In this document: positions 45,938 through 55,923 of the stretch, in pieces
How the letters are laid out: every line of letters starts with the position of its first letter
Position numbering within the stretch: position 1 is the first letter of the stretch
Source of the DNA: a bacterium
GTDB taxonomy: Bacteria; Electryoneota; Electryoneia; Electryoneales; Electryoneaceae
Reading direction: 5' to 3'
Length of the DNA stretch: 64,000 nucleotides
NCBI GenBank assembly: GCA_963675295.2
Contig: CAXXKJ010000002.1
Span: forward strand, 1 to 64,000
Notes under the pieces: generated by a model
What the model was told of the DNA's origin: nothing
The model's database searches: none
What the model saw: the letters and a program-made list of their open reading frames with translations, nothing else
Position numbers and translations under genes: made by a program

Positions 45938-46930
45938 GTGAAAACGGTATTAGTCACCGGTGTGGCGGGCTACATCGGCTCGGTACTCGCACGTCAACTG
46001 CTCGACAACGGCTACAAGGTGCTGGGTGTGGACGCCCTGTTTTTCGGCGGGGACGCGATCATCGGCATCTACAACCACCCGAATTTCAGTTTCCGCAAGG
46101 GCGATGTCCGTGACGCAGCCTTCATGCAGGACGCGATCAAGGATGCGGACGCAATCGTCCACCTCGCGGCGATTGTCGGCGACCCGGCCTGCCGTCAGCA
46201 GCCGGAACTGGCGCGTTCGATCAACGGGGACGGGTCCAAGCAGCTGTTCGACCTCGCGAAGAAGGCCGGCAACATCGAACGCTTCATTTTTGCCTCAACG
46301 TGCAGCAACTACGGCAAGATGGAGGGCGACGACTACATCACCGAAACCTCCGCGTTGAACCCGATTTCCCTCTACGCCGTGCTCAAGGTCGAGTTCGAGA
46401 AGTACCTGATGGCGAACCCGGGCGGGAAAGATGGCATGGTCGCGACTCCGTTGCGCTTCTCGACCGTGTATGGGTTGTCGCCGCGTGTCCGGTTCGACTT
46501 GACCGTCAACGAATTCACCCGCGACCTGGCCTTGGGCCGCACATTGAAGATTTTCGGCGAACAGTTCTGGCGGCCGTATTGCCACGTCGAAGATCTGGCC
46601 CGCTCCTGCATCGTGGTGCTGGAAGCGGATCGTGAGCTGGTCGATGGTGACGTCTTCGGTGTCGGAGACACCTCGGAGAACTACCAGAAGAAGATGCTCG
46701 CGGACGAGATGGAGAAAATCATCCCGGACGCGAAGATCGAATACGTCAAGAAGGACGAGGATCCGCGCGACTACCGTGTCGATTTCAGCAAGATCCGCGA
46801 CCGTCTCGGCTTCAGCATCACCAAGCGTGTGCCGGACGGCATCCGTGAGATCTACGAGATCCTGCGGGACGGCGTCATTTCCGATCCGGACTCGTCCAAG
46901 TACCGTAACTCGAACCCGGAAGCGATCTGA
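45938..46930 (+). CDS. NAD-dependent nucleotide-sugar epimerase/dehydratase
   Basis: GTG start with GGAGAGG SD; VTGVAGYIGS, HLAAIVGDP, STCSNYG, YAVLK. Confidence 0.92.
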   Translation: MKTVLVTGVAGYIGSVLARQLLDNGYKVLGVDALFFGGDAIIGIYNHPNFSFRKGDVRDAAFMQDAIKDADAIVHLAAIVGDPACRQQPELARSINGDGSKQLFDLAKKAGNIERFIFASTCSNYGKMEGDDYITETSALNPISLYAVLKVEFEKYLMANPGGKDGMVATPLRFSTVYGLSPRVRFDLTVNEFTRDLALGRTLKIFGEQFWRPYCHVEDLARSCIVVLEADRELVDGDVFGVGDTSENYQKKMLADEMEKIIPDAKIEYVKKDEDPRDYRVDFSKIRDRLGFSITKRVPDGIREIYEILRDGVISDPDSSKYRNSNPEAI

Positions 46931-48069
46931 TGGCGTTTGACATTCCCCTTTTCGATCTCAACTTCGACGATCATGAAGTTGACGCGGTTGCTGAAACGGT
47001 CCGGTCCAAATGGATTTCGATGGGCCAACGGACTGTCGAGCTGGAGGAACGGTTCGCGGCACGGCTGGGGGTGAAGCATGTGATCGCGGTGACAAATTGC
47101 ACTGCCGCGCTGCACATGGCGTGCGTCCTCGCCGGTCTCGGGCCGGAGGACGAAGTGATTGTCCCGTCGCTGACCTTTGTCGCGACGGCGAACGCGGTGC
47201 GTTACACCGGCGCGCGTCCGGTGTTTGCCGACATCATCAGCGCGCGCAACTTGAGCCTTGATCCGGACGATGTGCAACGGAAGATCACCCAGCGCACCCG
47301 CGCGATCCTGCCGATGCATTATGGCGGCTGGCCGTGTCCGATGGAACGGTTCGCACAAATCGCGGACGAACACCGGCTGGTGATCATTGAGGACGCCGCA
47401 CACACCATCGATGTCGATTATCACGGCCGCAAGCTCGGAACCTGGGGCAAGTTCGGCTGCTACAGCTTCTTTTCGAACAAGGTGATTACCAGCGCCGAGG
47501 GCGGCCTTCTGGCGACCGACGACGATCAGCTCGCCGCGCGTGCGAAGCTGATCCGTTCGCATGGCATGACCACGCTGTCCTACCAGCGCGCGCAGGGTCA
47601 CGCGACACGGTACGACGTCGTCGAACCCGGCTACAACTACCGCATTGACGACATCCGCGCTTCCCTGGCATTGGCCCAGGAAGCCAAGCTGGACGGGATC
47701 ATCGCCAAGCGGAAAGAGTTGCGCGCGGTCTACGAAAAGGCGCTGGCGAATGTGGACGGCATCACGGTGCCGTACATGGGCGTGACCGAGAATTCGGCGA
47801 ACTATATCATGCCGGTGGTGATCGACAGCGGCGGCGAGGAGCGCCGGGATGCGATCCGTCAATACCTCGCCGACCACGGCATCCAGACCAGCGTCCACTA
47901 TCCGGCGATTCACCGGTTCTCGATTTATTCCGGCACGCATCACCTGCCGACGACAGACTATGTCGCCGATCACCTGGTCACGTTGCCGATGTACGATTCG
48001 TTGACCGAAGAGCAGATCGGGCGTGTCGCGGATACCTTGCAGGGCGCGTTGCAAAAGGTGTCATCCTGA
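46930..48069 (+). CDS. DegT/DnrJ/EryC1/StrS sugar aminotransferase
   Basis: NCTAALH, TFVATAN, EDAAH, SFFSNKVITSAEGG, GYNYR. The stop codon lies inside a repeat element. Confidence 0.93.
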   Translation: MAFDIPLFDLNFDDHEVDAVAETVRSKWISMGQRTVELEERFAARLGVKHVIAVTNCTAALHMACVLAGLGPEDEVIVPSLTFVATANAVRYTGARPVFADIISARNLSLDPDDVQRKITQRTRAILPMHYGGWPCPMERFAQIADEHRLVIIEDAAHTIDVDYHGRKLGTWGKFGCYSFFSNKVITSAEGGLLATDDDQLAARAKLIRSHGMTTLSYQRAQGHATRYDVVEPGYNYRIDDIRASLALAQEAKLDGIIAKRKELRAVYEKALANVDGITVPYMGVTENSANYIMPVVIDSGGEERRDAIRQYLADHGIQTSVHYPAIHRFSIYSGTHHLPTTDYVADHLVTLPMYDSLTEEQIGRVADTLQGALQKVSS

Positions 48070-48192
48070 ACGAAGTGAAGGATCTCCAACTTCTCCAATC
48101 ATTAGTTCATGGGGAGATTCTTCACTACGCTTCACTTCGTTCAGAATGACACATCGATAGGGTTTTATCAGGAAATGGCAAGGAGAAGCTCG

Positions 48193-49278
48193 GTGTACCG
48201 TTCCCCGGAAGTGCTGCGAGATCTGACTGTTGGTGAATCCGTCAGCATCCGTCACGCGATCGAGGCGATGGATGAACACCACCTCGGCGTGGTGCTGGTG
48301 GTGAACGGCGAAGGTGTCCTTACCGGGATGCTGACGGACGGCGACCTGCGCCGCGCGATCCTCGCCAACGCCGACCTTGACGGGCCGGTGGAACGGGTGA
48401 TGAAGCACGGTCCGGCGACCTTGCGTCACGACGAAGCCAGCGAAGACGCGGTCGTCGAGTTGCTGGAGGAACGCAGCTTCCGGCACGTGCCGATCGTGGA
48501 CAACGACGGTAAACCGGCCGACCTGATTGTCTGGAATGATCTCGAAGCCGCGCAGCTGCGTGAAACCGAAGAACATCGCCAGCTCGACTGTGACGTCGTC
48601 ATCATGGCCGGCGGCAAGGGGTCACGGCTGGACCCGTTCACCCGTGTGTTGCCGAAACCGCTGGTGCCCATTGGCGACAAGCCGGTGCTTGAGCTGATCA
48701 TGGATGATTTCCGCCCGTACGGCGTCGATCATTTCTTCGTCAGCGTCAACCACATGCGGAAGATGATCCGCGTCTACCTGGAGAGTGTCAACCTCGCCGA
48801 CCAGGTCGAACTGGTCGAAGAGGACAAGCCGCTTGGCACCGCCGGCGCGTTGCAATTTCTGAAGGGGAAGGTCGAGCGGCCGTTTTTCGTGGTCAACTGC
48901 GACGTCATTATCCGTGCCGACTTCGCAGACATTTTCGACCATCACACGAAGAATGGCCACAAGTTGACCGTGGTCGGATCGTTGAAGAATCATACCGTCC
49001 CGTACGGCGTCTGCGAGGTCGCTGAGGACGGTTCGTTGTCGAAGATCGTGGAGAAGCCGCGGTACGATTTCCTAGTCAATACCGGGATGTACATCCTCTC
49101 GCCCGAGGTGCTGGAGTACATTCCCGAGGACCGCGAATTCCACATGACGCACCTGATCGACGTGGTGCTCGAGCGTGGCGAAAAGGTCGGCGTCTTCCCG
49201 ATCGGGGAAAAGGCGTGGCTGGATACCGGCCAGTGGGAAGAATACCGCCGGGCGATCAAGTTGCTGGGCAAGATGTAG
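48193..49278 (+). CDS. CBS-domain nucleotidyltransferase (PtmE-like)
   Basis: TDGDLRRAIL CBS pair; MAGGKGSRL.P.T..LPKPL, PLGTAG, NCD, WLDTG. GTG start with AGGAG SD. Confidence 0.9.
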   Translation: MYRSPEVLRDLTVGESVSIRHAIEAMDEHHLGVVLVVNGEGVLTGMLTDGDLRRAILANADLDGPVERVMKHGPATLRHDEASEDAVVELLEERSFRHVPIVDNDGKPADLIVWNDLEAAQLRETEEHRQLDCDVVIMAGGKGSRLDPFTRVLPKPLVPIGDKPVLELIMDDFRPYGVDHFFVSVNHMRKMIRVYLESVNLADQVELVEEDKPLGTAGALQFLKGKVERPFFVVNCDVIIRADFADIFDHHTKNGHKLTVVGSLKNHTVPYGVCEVAEDGSLSKIVEKPRYDFLVNTGMYILSPEVLEYIPEDREFHMTHLIDVVLERGEKVGVFPIGEKAWLDTGQWEEYRRAIKLLGKM

Positions 49279-49291
49279 TGGGGGCAGGGCC

Positions 49292-50305
49292 GTGATTGAT
49301 CGGCATGATCTCGTCTATCACTGTGATTCGTTGCCGGAAATCGGCAACGGTCACCTGAAACGCGGGCTGGACGTGTTGCACGCCCTGCACGCCCGCGACC
49401 CCGGCCTGCGTCTCGGCCTCTGCGGTACGTTTTCCGACGGTGCACAACGCTTCATCGACGAATTCCTCGACCCGGAGATTGAGGTCTTCGCCAACCCGAA
49501 GCAGCTCCCTTTCGCGAAGTTTACCGTGCTCGATACGATGCACAAGCCCGGTGTGCCCGGGTACATGGATCCGCAGAAAACGGCGAACGTGCGCGACAGC
49601 GGTGAACTGTTCATCATCATCTCGTCAGCGTTGTACCAGCAATTGCCGGTGATGTGCGACCTGTTCATCGACCATCTGCCGGACGTTGTCATTGCCGGTG
49701 TCGCGCCCCGGCGTTCATTGTACGGTTTCGCGTTCGCACCGGTGGGCGCGGAGTTTTTCCAGCCGGTAGATGAGGACGACGAGGACCATCACGGCTGGCT
49801 TGTCGCGGTGATCGGCGGCGGGCCGGTGCAGAACGGGCCGCAACTGCTGGCGGCCGAGGTGTACGACCGCGCGTTGGAGCAGTTCCCCGGCTTCGCGATG
49901 GTGCTGTCGCCACATTTCCCGGCGGATCAGATCACGGAATTGCGGGAACGTTTCCCGAAACTTGAGTTGTTGCAGGGGATACCGTCGCTGGTGCCGCTGC
50001 TGCAGAACGCTGGCGCGGTGATCTGCACCTATGGCAACATCACGTACGAAGCGTTAAGCTGCGGACAGTCGGTGTTTCTTGCCAATTATCTCGATTTTCA
50101 GCAGGAATACAGCCAGATGCTGGAACGGAAAGACCTGGTCGTCAACCTCGGCACGTTCGACATGCTCATGCCGGGCAAGCTGAAGCTTCTGTTCCAGCCC
50201 AAGGTGCGGGAATTGTTGTCCAGCCACGCGCGCAGTGAATTCTCCGGGCCAGGCATCGAAGCCATCGCCGAAGCTGTGCTGGAGTTGATGGAAGAAAACG
50301 AGTGA
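49292..50305 (+). CDS. Second, divergent PseG/SpsG-like protein
   Basis: CDSLPEIGNGHLKRG, VIGGG, ICTYGNITYEALSCG. Confidence 0.7.
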   Translation: MIDRHDLVYHCDSLPEIGNGHLKRGLDVLHALHARDPGLRLGLCGTFSDGAQRFIDEFLDPEIEVFANPKQLPFAKFTVLDTMHKPGVPGYMDPQKTANVRDSGELFIIISSALYQQLPVMCDLFIDHLPDVVIAGVAPRRSLYGFAFAPVGAEFFQPVDEDDEDHHGWLVAVIGGGPVQNGPQLLAAEVYDRALEQFPGFAMVLSPHFPADQITELRERFPKLELLQGIPSLVPLLQNAGAVICTYGNITYEALSCGQSVFLANYLDFQQEYSQMLERKDLVVNLGTFDMLMPGKLKLLFQPKVRELLSSHARSEFSGPGIEAIAEAVLELMEENE

Positions 50306-50414
50306 CGCAGAAGACGGTAGTCGGTAAACGGTGATCGGTTGTCGGTAACACCCAGCCTATCGCCCATGGCCCATAGACCACAGACCATAGACCATAGACC
50401 ATAAGACCAGACCC

Positions 50415-51419
50415 ATGCCCAACCTGAACCTGGATCGCATATACATCGTTGCCGAGATGGCGAACGCGCATGACGGCCGTGTCGAGGACGCGCTTGGCAT
50501 TGTGGACGCCGCCGCGCGTGCCGGTGCGGACGCAGTCAAGTTCCAGATGTTCACGCCGGACGAACTCGCGGTGCCGTCGTTCTCGTATTACGACCTGTAC
50601 ATCAAGCTGCAGATGCCGGACGAGCACTGGCAGTCGATCATAGACCGCGCCCATGGCCACGGCCTGACCACCATCTGCGACGTGTTCGGCCTCGAAAGTC
50701 TGCAACGCGCGGACCGGCTCGGCATGGACGGGTTCAAGGTGCACAATGCGGATGTGTCCAACAGCCCGTTACTCGCAGGAATCGGCCAGACAGGCAAGCC
50801 GGTGTTGTTGTCCACCGGCGGCTCGAAGCCGGAGGAAACCGAACGCGCGATTGATGTCCTGCGCACCAGCGGCGCGCCGCAGATTGTGCTGATGCACGGC
50901 TTCCAGTCTTACCCGACCAAATTGAGCGACTCGCACCTGCGCCGGATCGAAACCCTGCGCCGCATCTTCGACCTCCCGATTGGCTTTGCCGGGCATGTGG
51001 ACGGTGGCACCGAGGAAGCGATCCAACTGCCGGTATGGGCGGTTGCCGCCGGGGCGGACCTGATCGAGACGCACATCACCCTCGACCGTTCGCAGGAAGG
51101 CGGCGACTGGTTTTCGTCGCTCGATCCCGACCCGTTCAAGCGCATGGTCGAGACAATTCGTGCCGCCGAACCGGCGCTGGGGTCGCGCAGCATTGAGATG
51201 GGCGAGGACGAACTCGCATACCGCAACAAGCACAAGAAATGGCTGGTGGCAACGGCCGACATCGCCGCGGGTGAGGAATTTACCGGTGCCAATCTCAGCC
51301 TCAAGCGCGCGGACGATGTTCCCGCGGAAACGTATTCCACCCTCGACGCCGTGCTCGGCAAACTTGCCGTGCGCGCGATCAACGAACACGAACCGATTCA
51401 ACCCGGGGATTGCAAGTGA
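50415..51419 (+). CDS. NeuB/SpsE-family nonulosonic acid synthase, divergent type, with SAF domain
   Basis: IVAEMANAHDG, ADAVKFQ, LLSTGG, HGFQSYPT, IETHITLDR. Confidence 0.88.
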   Translation: MPNLNLDRIYIVAEMANAHDGRVEDALGIVDAAARAGADAVKFQMFTPDELAVPSFSYYDLYIKLQMPDEHWQSIIDRAHGHGLTTICDVFGLESLQRADRLGMDGFKVHNADVSNSPLLAGIGQTGKPVLLSTGGSKPEETERAIDVLRTSGAPQIVLMHGFQSYPTKLSDSHLRRIETLRRIFDLPIGFAGHVDGGTEEAIQLPVWAVAAGADLIETHITLDRSQEGGDWFSSLDPDPFKRMVETIRAAEPALGSRSIEMGEDELAYRNKHKKWLVATADIAAGEEFTGANLSLKRADDVPAETYSTLDAVLGKLAVRAINEHEPIQPGDCK

Positions 51420-52144
51420 AAACCTGTGCCGCGATAGCCTGCCGCGCCTATTCCACCCGTCTCTTCGGCAAACCGTTGCAACTGGTCGGGGACCGTCCCA
51501 TCCTGACCCACCTGCTCGACCAGATGAAGCAGGCGAAACGGTTGGATGAGATCGTGCTCGCGATCAGTGAAGGCCCGGATTCCGGCCTCTTCATTGAATA
51601 CGCGAAGGAACACGGCTACAAGTATGTCGTCGGTGCGGGACGCGACGTGCAATATCGTCTGATCATGGCCGCCGAGAGTGTCGGTGCAGACATCATCCTG
51701 CGCAACACCAGCGAAAACCCGTTTATCTACTGGGAAAACATCGACGAGATCATCGAGCGGCACATCGCCAATGAAAATGATTTCACGGTGACCGAAAAGC
51801 TGCCGATTGCGGCATTTGTCGAGGTGGTGTCGACCGCGGCGTTGAAACGTGCCCACGATCTCGGTGATGAACGCACCCGCAGCGAGCTGGTGATGCTCTA
51901 CATCGCCGAGCACCCCGAACAGTTCAAGATCGAACGCGTCGCCCCACCCCCGGACCTCGCACGCCCGGAAATCCGTTTCGCGGTGGACGATCCGATGGAC
52001 CTGCTGATGATTCGCAAGATGTGGGAAGCGGTCAACGGCGGCCGCAAGTTCGTTCCTCTCAAGGAGCTGATCGACTACTGGGATCAAGATGCGGACGTCG
52101 CCCGTGTACTGAGCACGGGTGATATTCTGACCCTCTGGTCCTGA
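51416..52144 (+). CDS. SpsF/NeuA-like cytidylyltransferase
   Basis: IACRAYSTRLFGKPL, DVQYR, RNTSENPF, RFAVDDPMD; GTGA overlap with the upstream gene. Confidence 0.85.
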   Translation: MKTCAAIACRAYSTRLFGKPLQLVGDRPILTHLLDQMKQAKRLDEIVLAISEGPDSGLFIEYAKEHGYKYVVGAGRDVQYRLIMAAESVGADIILRNTSENPFIYWENIDEIIERHIANENDFTVTEKLPIAAFVEVVSTAALKRAHDLGDERTRSELVMLYIAEHPEQFKIERVAPPPDLARPEIRFAVDDPMDLLMIRKMWEAVNGGRKFVPLKELIDYWDQDADVARVLSTGDILTLWS

Positions 52145-52164
52145 TCGTAAGCGTGGATTCCAGC

Positions 52165-52821
52165 ATGGCACGTACACCGTTACTCGTCGCCGGCGCAACC
52201 TCGCCGGATTTCCTCAAAACGTTGCACGCGATCAACCGTGCAACCGGGGACGGGTACGATCTGCGTGGTTTCCTCGAGATTGACGAGTCCCTGGTCGGCA
52301 CCGAACAGTTTGGCTACCCGGTGCTTGCCGAACGGGACGTGACGCCGGAAACTCACCCAGGCCATGCCATTTTCGTCAACATCGCGCACACGATGGTTGC
52401 GAAACGCAAGGCGACGGACGCCGTGCGCGACCGTGGCTTCACCACCTTCGCGACGCTGATCCATCCGGACGTTGACATGACCGATGTCACCGCCGGTGAG
52501 GGCACGGTCATCCTGCAGGGCTCAGACATCGGCCCATTCACCACGATTGGCGGTCACTGTACGATCCTGATGGGCGTCAACCTGAACCACGAATGCCGCG
52601 TTGGCGCGTACACCTTCCTCGGCCCGGGTGCGATTCTGCTCGGACGAGTAAGCACGGATGACGGCGTCTACGTCGGTGGCGGCGCAATCATTCACCCGAA
52701 CGTGCACCTGGGCGAAGGCTGTGTTGTCGGCGCGGGAACCGTGGTCCGCAAGAACGTTCCGCCGTGGACCGTTGTCGCGGGTAATCCGGCGCGGACGATC
52801 AGACAGATTCCTCATGACTAA
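52165..52821 (+). CDS. NeuD/PglD-like hexapeptide-repeat acetyltransferase
   Basis: ATLIHP, NHECRVG, VGAGTVVRKNVP..VAGNPAR. Confidence 0.9.
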   Translation: MARTPLLVAGATSPDFLKTLHAINRATGDGYDLRGFLEIDESLVGTEQFGYPVLAERDVTPETHPGHAIFVNIAHTMVAKRKATDAVRDRGFTTFATLIHPDVDMTDVTAGEGTVILQGSDIGPFTTIGGHCTILMGVNLNHECRVGAYTFLGPGAILLGRVSTDDGVYVGGGAIIHPNVHLGEGCVVGAGTVVRKNVPPWTVVAGNPARTIRQIPHD

Positions 52822-52833
52822 GGATGTTTTCGC

Positions 52834-53805
52834 ATGAAACGAGCGTTGATCGTTGGCTTCGGCTCCATTGGACGGCGTCACTTCCGTCACTTTCGCAACC
52901 TCGGTTGTTCGCCGATGGACGTCTTCCGGACCGGCAAGGCAACCATGCCGGACGACGAAGCGTTGCAGCCGGACAACATCTACTACGATTTCGACGAAGC
53001 GCTGGCGCAGAAGCCGGACGTGGTCGTGATTGCGAATCCGACCTCGCTGCATGTGGATGCGGCGTTGAAGGCCGTCCGGGCCGGTTGCCACGTGCTGGTC
53101 GAAAAACCGATCTCGCACAACCTGGATGGCTGCCTCGACCTCGCCGCCGAAGCGGTCCGGCACCAACGGATCGTCGGTATCGCGCATAACCAGCGGTATC
53201 ATCCGCTGATCTGCCGTTTAAAACAGATGATTGAAACGGGCGATCCACTTGGTAAACCGTTAATGGCGCACGCGCACATGGGCGGCTACCTCCCGGATTG
53301 GCATCCGTGGGAAGATTACAAGCAGGGCTATGCCGCACGCCGGGATCTCGGCGGCGGCTCAAGCCTGACCAACATCCACGAGCTCGATTTCATCCTCTGG
53401 TTGCTCGGGGATGCGACGGTGCACGCCGGCGTGGAGTTGGGCACGCATCCGCTCGAGACGGATGTGGATGAAGCGTCCGCGTTTGTGCTGCGGCACGAGT
53501 CTGGTGTGATCAGCGCGCTGACCTTTTCCCTCGCGCACAAGCCGCAACGCCGCACCACCGACATCTCGTTCACCGGCGGAAACGCTCACCTCGACCTGAT
53601 CGCCGGCGAATTGCGGCTTGACTTCGCGGCGAACGCGTCCGAAGTGATCGAGCCGGACGACGAGTGGGACATGGACGACACCTACCGCGACCAGGCGGCG
53701 GATTTTCTCGCCGCGGTGGAAGGAACCACCGAGGGCGCGTTTACCAAAGTGGATGAGGCGATGGCGGCACTGACCATCGCCCTCGATCGAAAGGGTTCCG
53801 CATGA
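52834..53805 (+). CDS. Gfo/Idh/MocA oxidoreductase (PtmF-like)
   Basis: IVGFGSIGRRH, ANPTSLH, VEKP, YLPDWHPWEDY, HELD. Confidence 0.9.
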   Translation: MKRALIVGFGSIGRRHFRHFRNLGCSPMDVFRTGKATMPDDEALQPDNIYYDFDEALAQKPDVVVIANPTSLHVDAALKAVRAGCHVLVEKPISHNLDGCLDLAAEAVRHQRIVGIAHNQRYHPLICRLKQMIETGDPLGKPLMAHAHMGGYLPDWHPWEDYKQGYAARRDLGGGSSLTNIHELDFILWLLGDATVHAGVELGTHPLETDVDEASAFVLRHESGVISALTFSLAHKPQRRTTDISFTGGNAHLDLIAGELRLDFAANASEVIEPDDEWDMDDTYRDQAADFLAAVEGTTEGAFTKVDEAMAALTIALDRKGSA

Positions 53806-54584
53806 GTACCGATCCGGTGTTTGACGTATCCGGCAAAATCGTGGTGATTACCGGCGGCTGCGGTTTGATCGGCCGCACATTGACCAAGGCCCTCGCCGAA
53901 CGGGACGCGAAGCTCGTCGTCGTTGATGTCGAAACCGCCGACCCGGAAAAATGGGCTGCCGGGCTCGGGGACGACCACATGGGCGTGATCTGTGACGTGT
54001 CGGATGAAGACGCTGTCGCGGCGTTGCATGACAAGGTGATCGAGCGGTACGGACGGATCGATGTATTGATCAACAACCACCACTTCCTCGCCAAGGGCGC
54101 GTGGGACACGACGGCGGAAACCTTTCCCAGTGACGCCTGGCGCGGAATCATCGACGTCAACCTCACCGGCCTGTTCTGGATGTGCCGCAAGTTCGGTTCG
54201 ACGATGCTCGAGCAGGGCAAGGGCGTGATCATCAACATGGCGTCGACCTATGGCGTGGTTTCGTCCAACCCGGCGTTGTACACCGACAATTCCCTCGCCA
54301 GCCCGATCGCATATTCGGCGAGCAAGGGCGGGGTGGTGATGATCACGAAATATCTCGCGTCGTACTGGGGTTCACGGGGCGTGCGGGTGAATTCGCTGAC
54401 GCCGCACGGGGTATGGAACAACCACGAGCCCGAGTTCGAGAAACGCTTCTCCGAGATGACGCCGTTGAAGCGGATGATGCAGCCGGAGGAACTGGTCGGC
54501 GCGACGCTGTTCCTTGCCAGTGACGCCAGCAGCTATGTCAACGGCTCCAACCTGCTGGTTGAGGGCGGCTGGACAGCTTGGTAA
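53802..54584 (+). CDS. Short-chain dehydrogenase/reductase (PtmA-like)
   Basis: TGGCGLIG, INMASTYG, YSASK, RVNSLTP. Confidence 0.9.
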   Translation: MSTDPVFDVSGKIVVITGGCGLIGRTLTKALAERDAKLVVVDVETADPEKWAAGLGDDHMGVICDVSDEDAVAALHDKVIERYGRIDVLINNHHFLAKGAWDTTAETFPSDAWRGIIDVNLTGLFWMCRKFGSTMLEQGKGVIINMASTYGVVSSNPALYTDNSLASPIAYSASKGGVVMITKYLASYWGSRGVRVNSLTPHGVWNNHEPEFEKRFSEMTPLKRMMQPEELVGATLFLASDASSYVNGSNLLVEGGWTAW

Positions 54585-54866
54585 AGAAGCAACAGATGCC
54601 AGGGACGCAAAAGACGCAACTGAAGCAACTGAAAGTAAAAAATAGCCAAAGACAGTAAAAAACAGGAACAGAAAGTAAAAGGCAGGCAAAAACAGCAAAT
54701 AACAAGAACAAGCAGCACCAGATAGGGAAGTTATCATTCAAGTCTGTATTGTCTTTTACAATAAGTATGTAGTTGTTTTCTTTCGTCTGTTTTCGCGCCT
54801 TTCGCGGTTAAAGAGAAGCGGTTTTCCGTGTGTTCCGTGTATTCCGTGGTTGAGAGGGGTCCGGTC

Positions 54867-55901
54867 ATGAGCCAAACCATCACCATCAACGCCAGCCGTA
54901 TCGGCCCGGGCGAACCGGCGTACATCATCGCCGAGTTGTCCGGCAACCATCACCGTGACCTCGGCCTTGCAATCCGGATGATCGAGGCGGCGGCGGAAGC
55001 GGGCGCGAACGCAGTCAAGCTGCAGCATTTCACCGCGGATGGTATCACTGTGGACAGCGACCGTCCCGAGTTCATCCTCGGCGATACGACGATGTACGCG
55101 GCGTACAAGGCGTTCGAGACGCCGTGGGAGTGGACCGCCGAGCTGAAGGAGAAGGCGAACTCGCTGGGCCTGGATCTGTTTTCGAGTCCGTTTGACGTTT
55201 CCGCTGTGGATTTCCTTGAGGAGCTGGACGTTCCGGCGTACAAGATCGCCTCGTTCGAGCTGGTCGATCATGTGCTGTTGAAACGTGTTGCCGCGACCGG
55301 CAAGCCGGTGATCATGTCCACCGGCATGGCGAAGGTCAGTGAAATCGAGGAGTCGGTGAATGTATTGCGCGACAACGGATGTGACGAGATCGTGCTGCTC
55401 AAGTGCACCAGCTCCTACCCCGCGCCGCCGGAAGAGATGAACTTGCGGACCATTCCGTACCTGGCGGAGCTGTTCCATTGCCCGGTCGGCTTGTCGGATC
55501 ACACGCTGGGGATCGCGTTGCCGGTATCGGCGGTGACGTTGGGCGCGAACGTAATTGAAAAGCACTTCATCCTTGACCGTGACCAGGGCGGCCCGGAGAG
55601 CAGCTTCGCGCTGGAGCCGCATGAGTTGACGATGATGGTGGACGCGGTTCGCATGGCGGAGAAATCCCTCGGCACGGTTCATTTCGGTCCCGCCGAACGG
55701 GAAGCTGCGAGCCTGATCTTCCGCCGCAGCCTGTACGTGGTTCGCGACATCGCCGAGGGCGAGAAATTCAGCGAGGAGAATGTGCGTAGCGTACGGCCGT
55801 CCCACGGCATGCACACCCGCCACTACGAGGAAATCCTCGGCCGTCGTGCCGCGACCGCCATCGGGAAAGGAACGCCGCTGTCATGGGAGTTGATCCGGTA
55901 A
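54867..55901 (+). CDS. pseI: Pseudaminic acid synthase
   Basis: IIAELSGNH, TPWEW, KIASFELVD, MSTGMA, LLKCTSSYPAP, GLSDHT, RRSLYVV..NVRSVRP. Confidence 0.88.
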   Translation: MSQTITINASRIGPGEPAYIIAELSGNHHRDLGLAIRMIEAAAEAGANAVKLQHFTADGITVDSDRPEFILGDTTMYAAYKAFETPWEWTAELKEKANSLGLDLFSSPFDVSAVDFLEELDVPAYKIASFELVDHVLLKRVAATGKPVIMSTGMAKVSEIEESVNVLRDNGCDEIVLLKCTSSYPAPPEEMNLRTIPYLAELFHCPVGLSDHTLGIALPVSAVTLGANVIEKHFILDRDQGGPESSFALEPHELTMMVDAVRMAEKSLGTVHFGPAEREAASLIFRRSLYVVRDIAEGEKFSEENVRSVRPSHGMHTRHYEEILGRRAATAIGKGTPLSWELIR

Positions 55902-55923
55902 GCTCCGGACAGGATTTTAGTTG

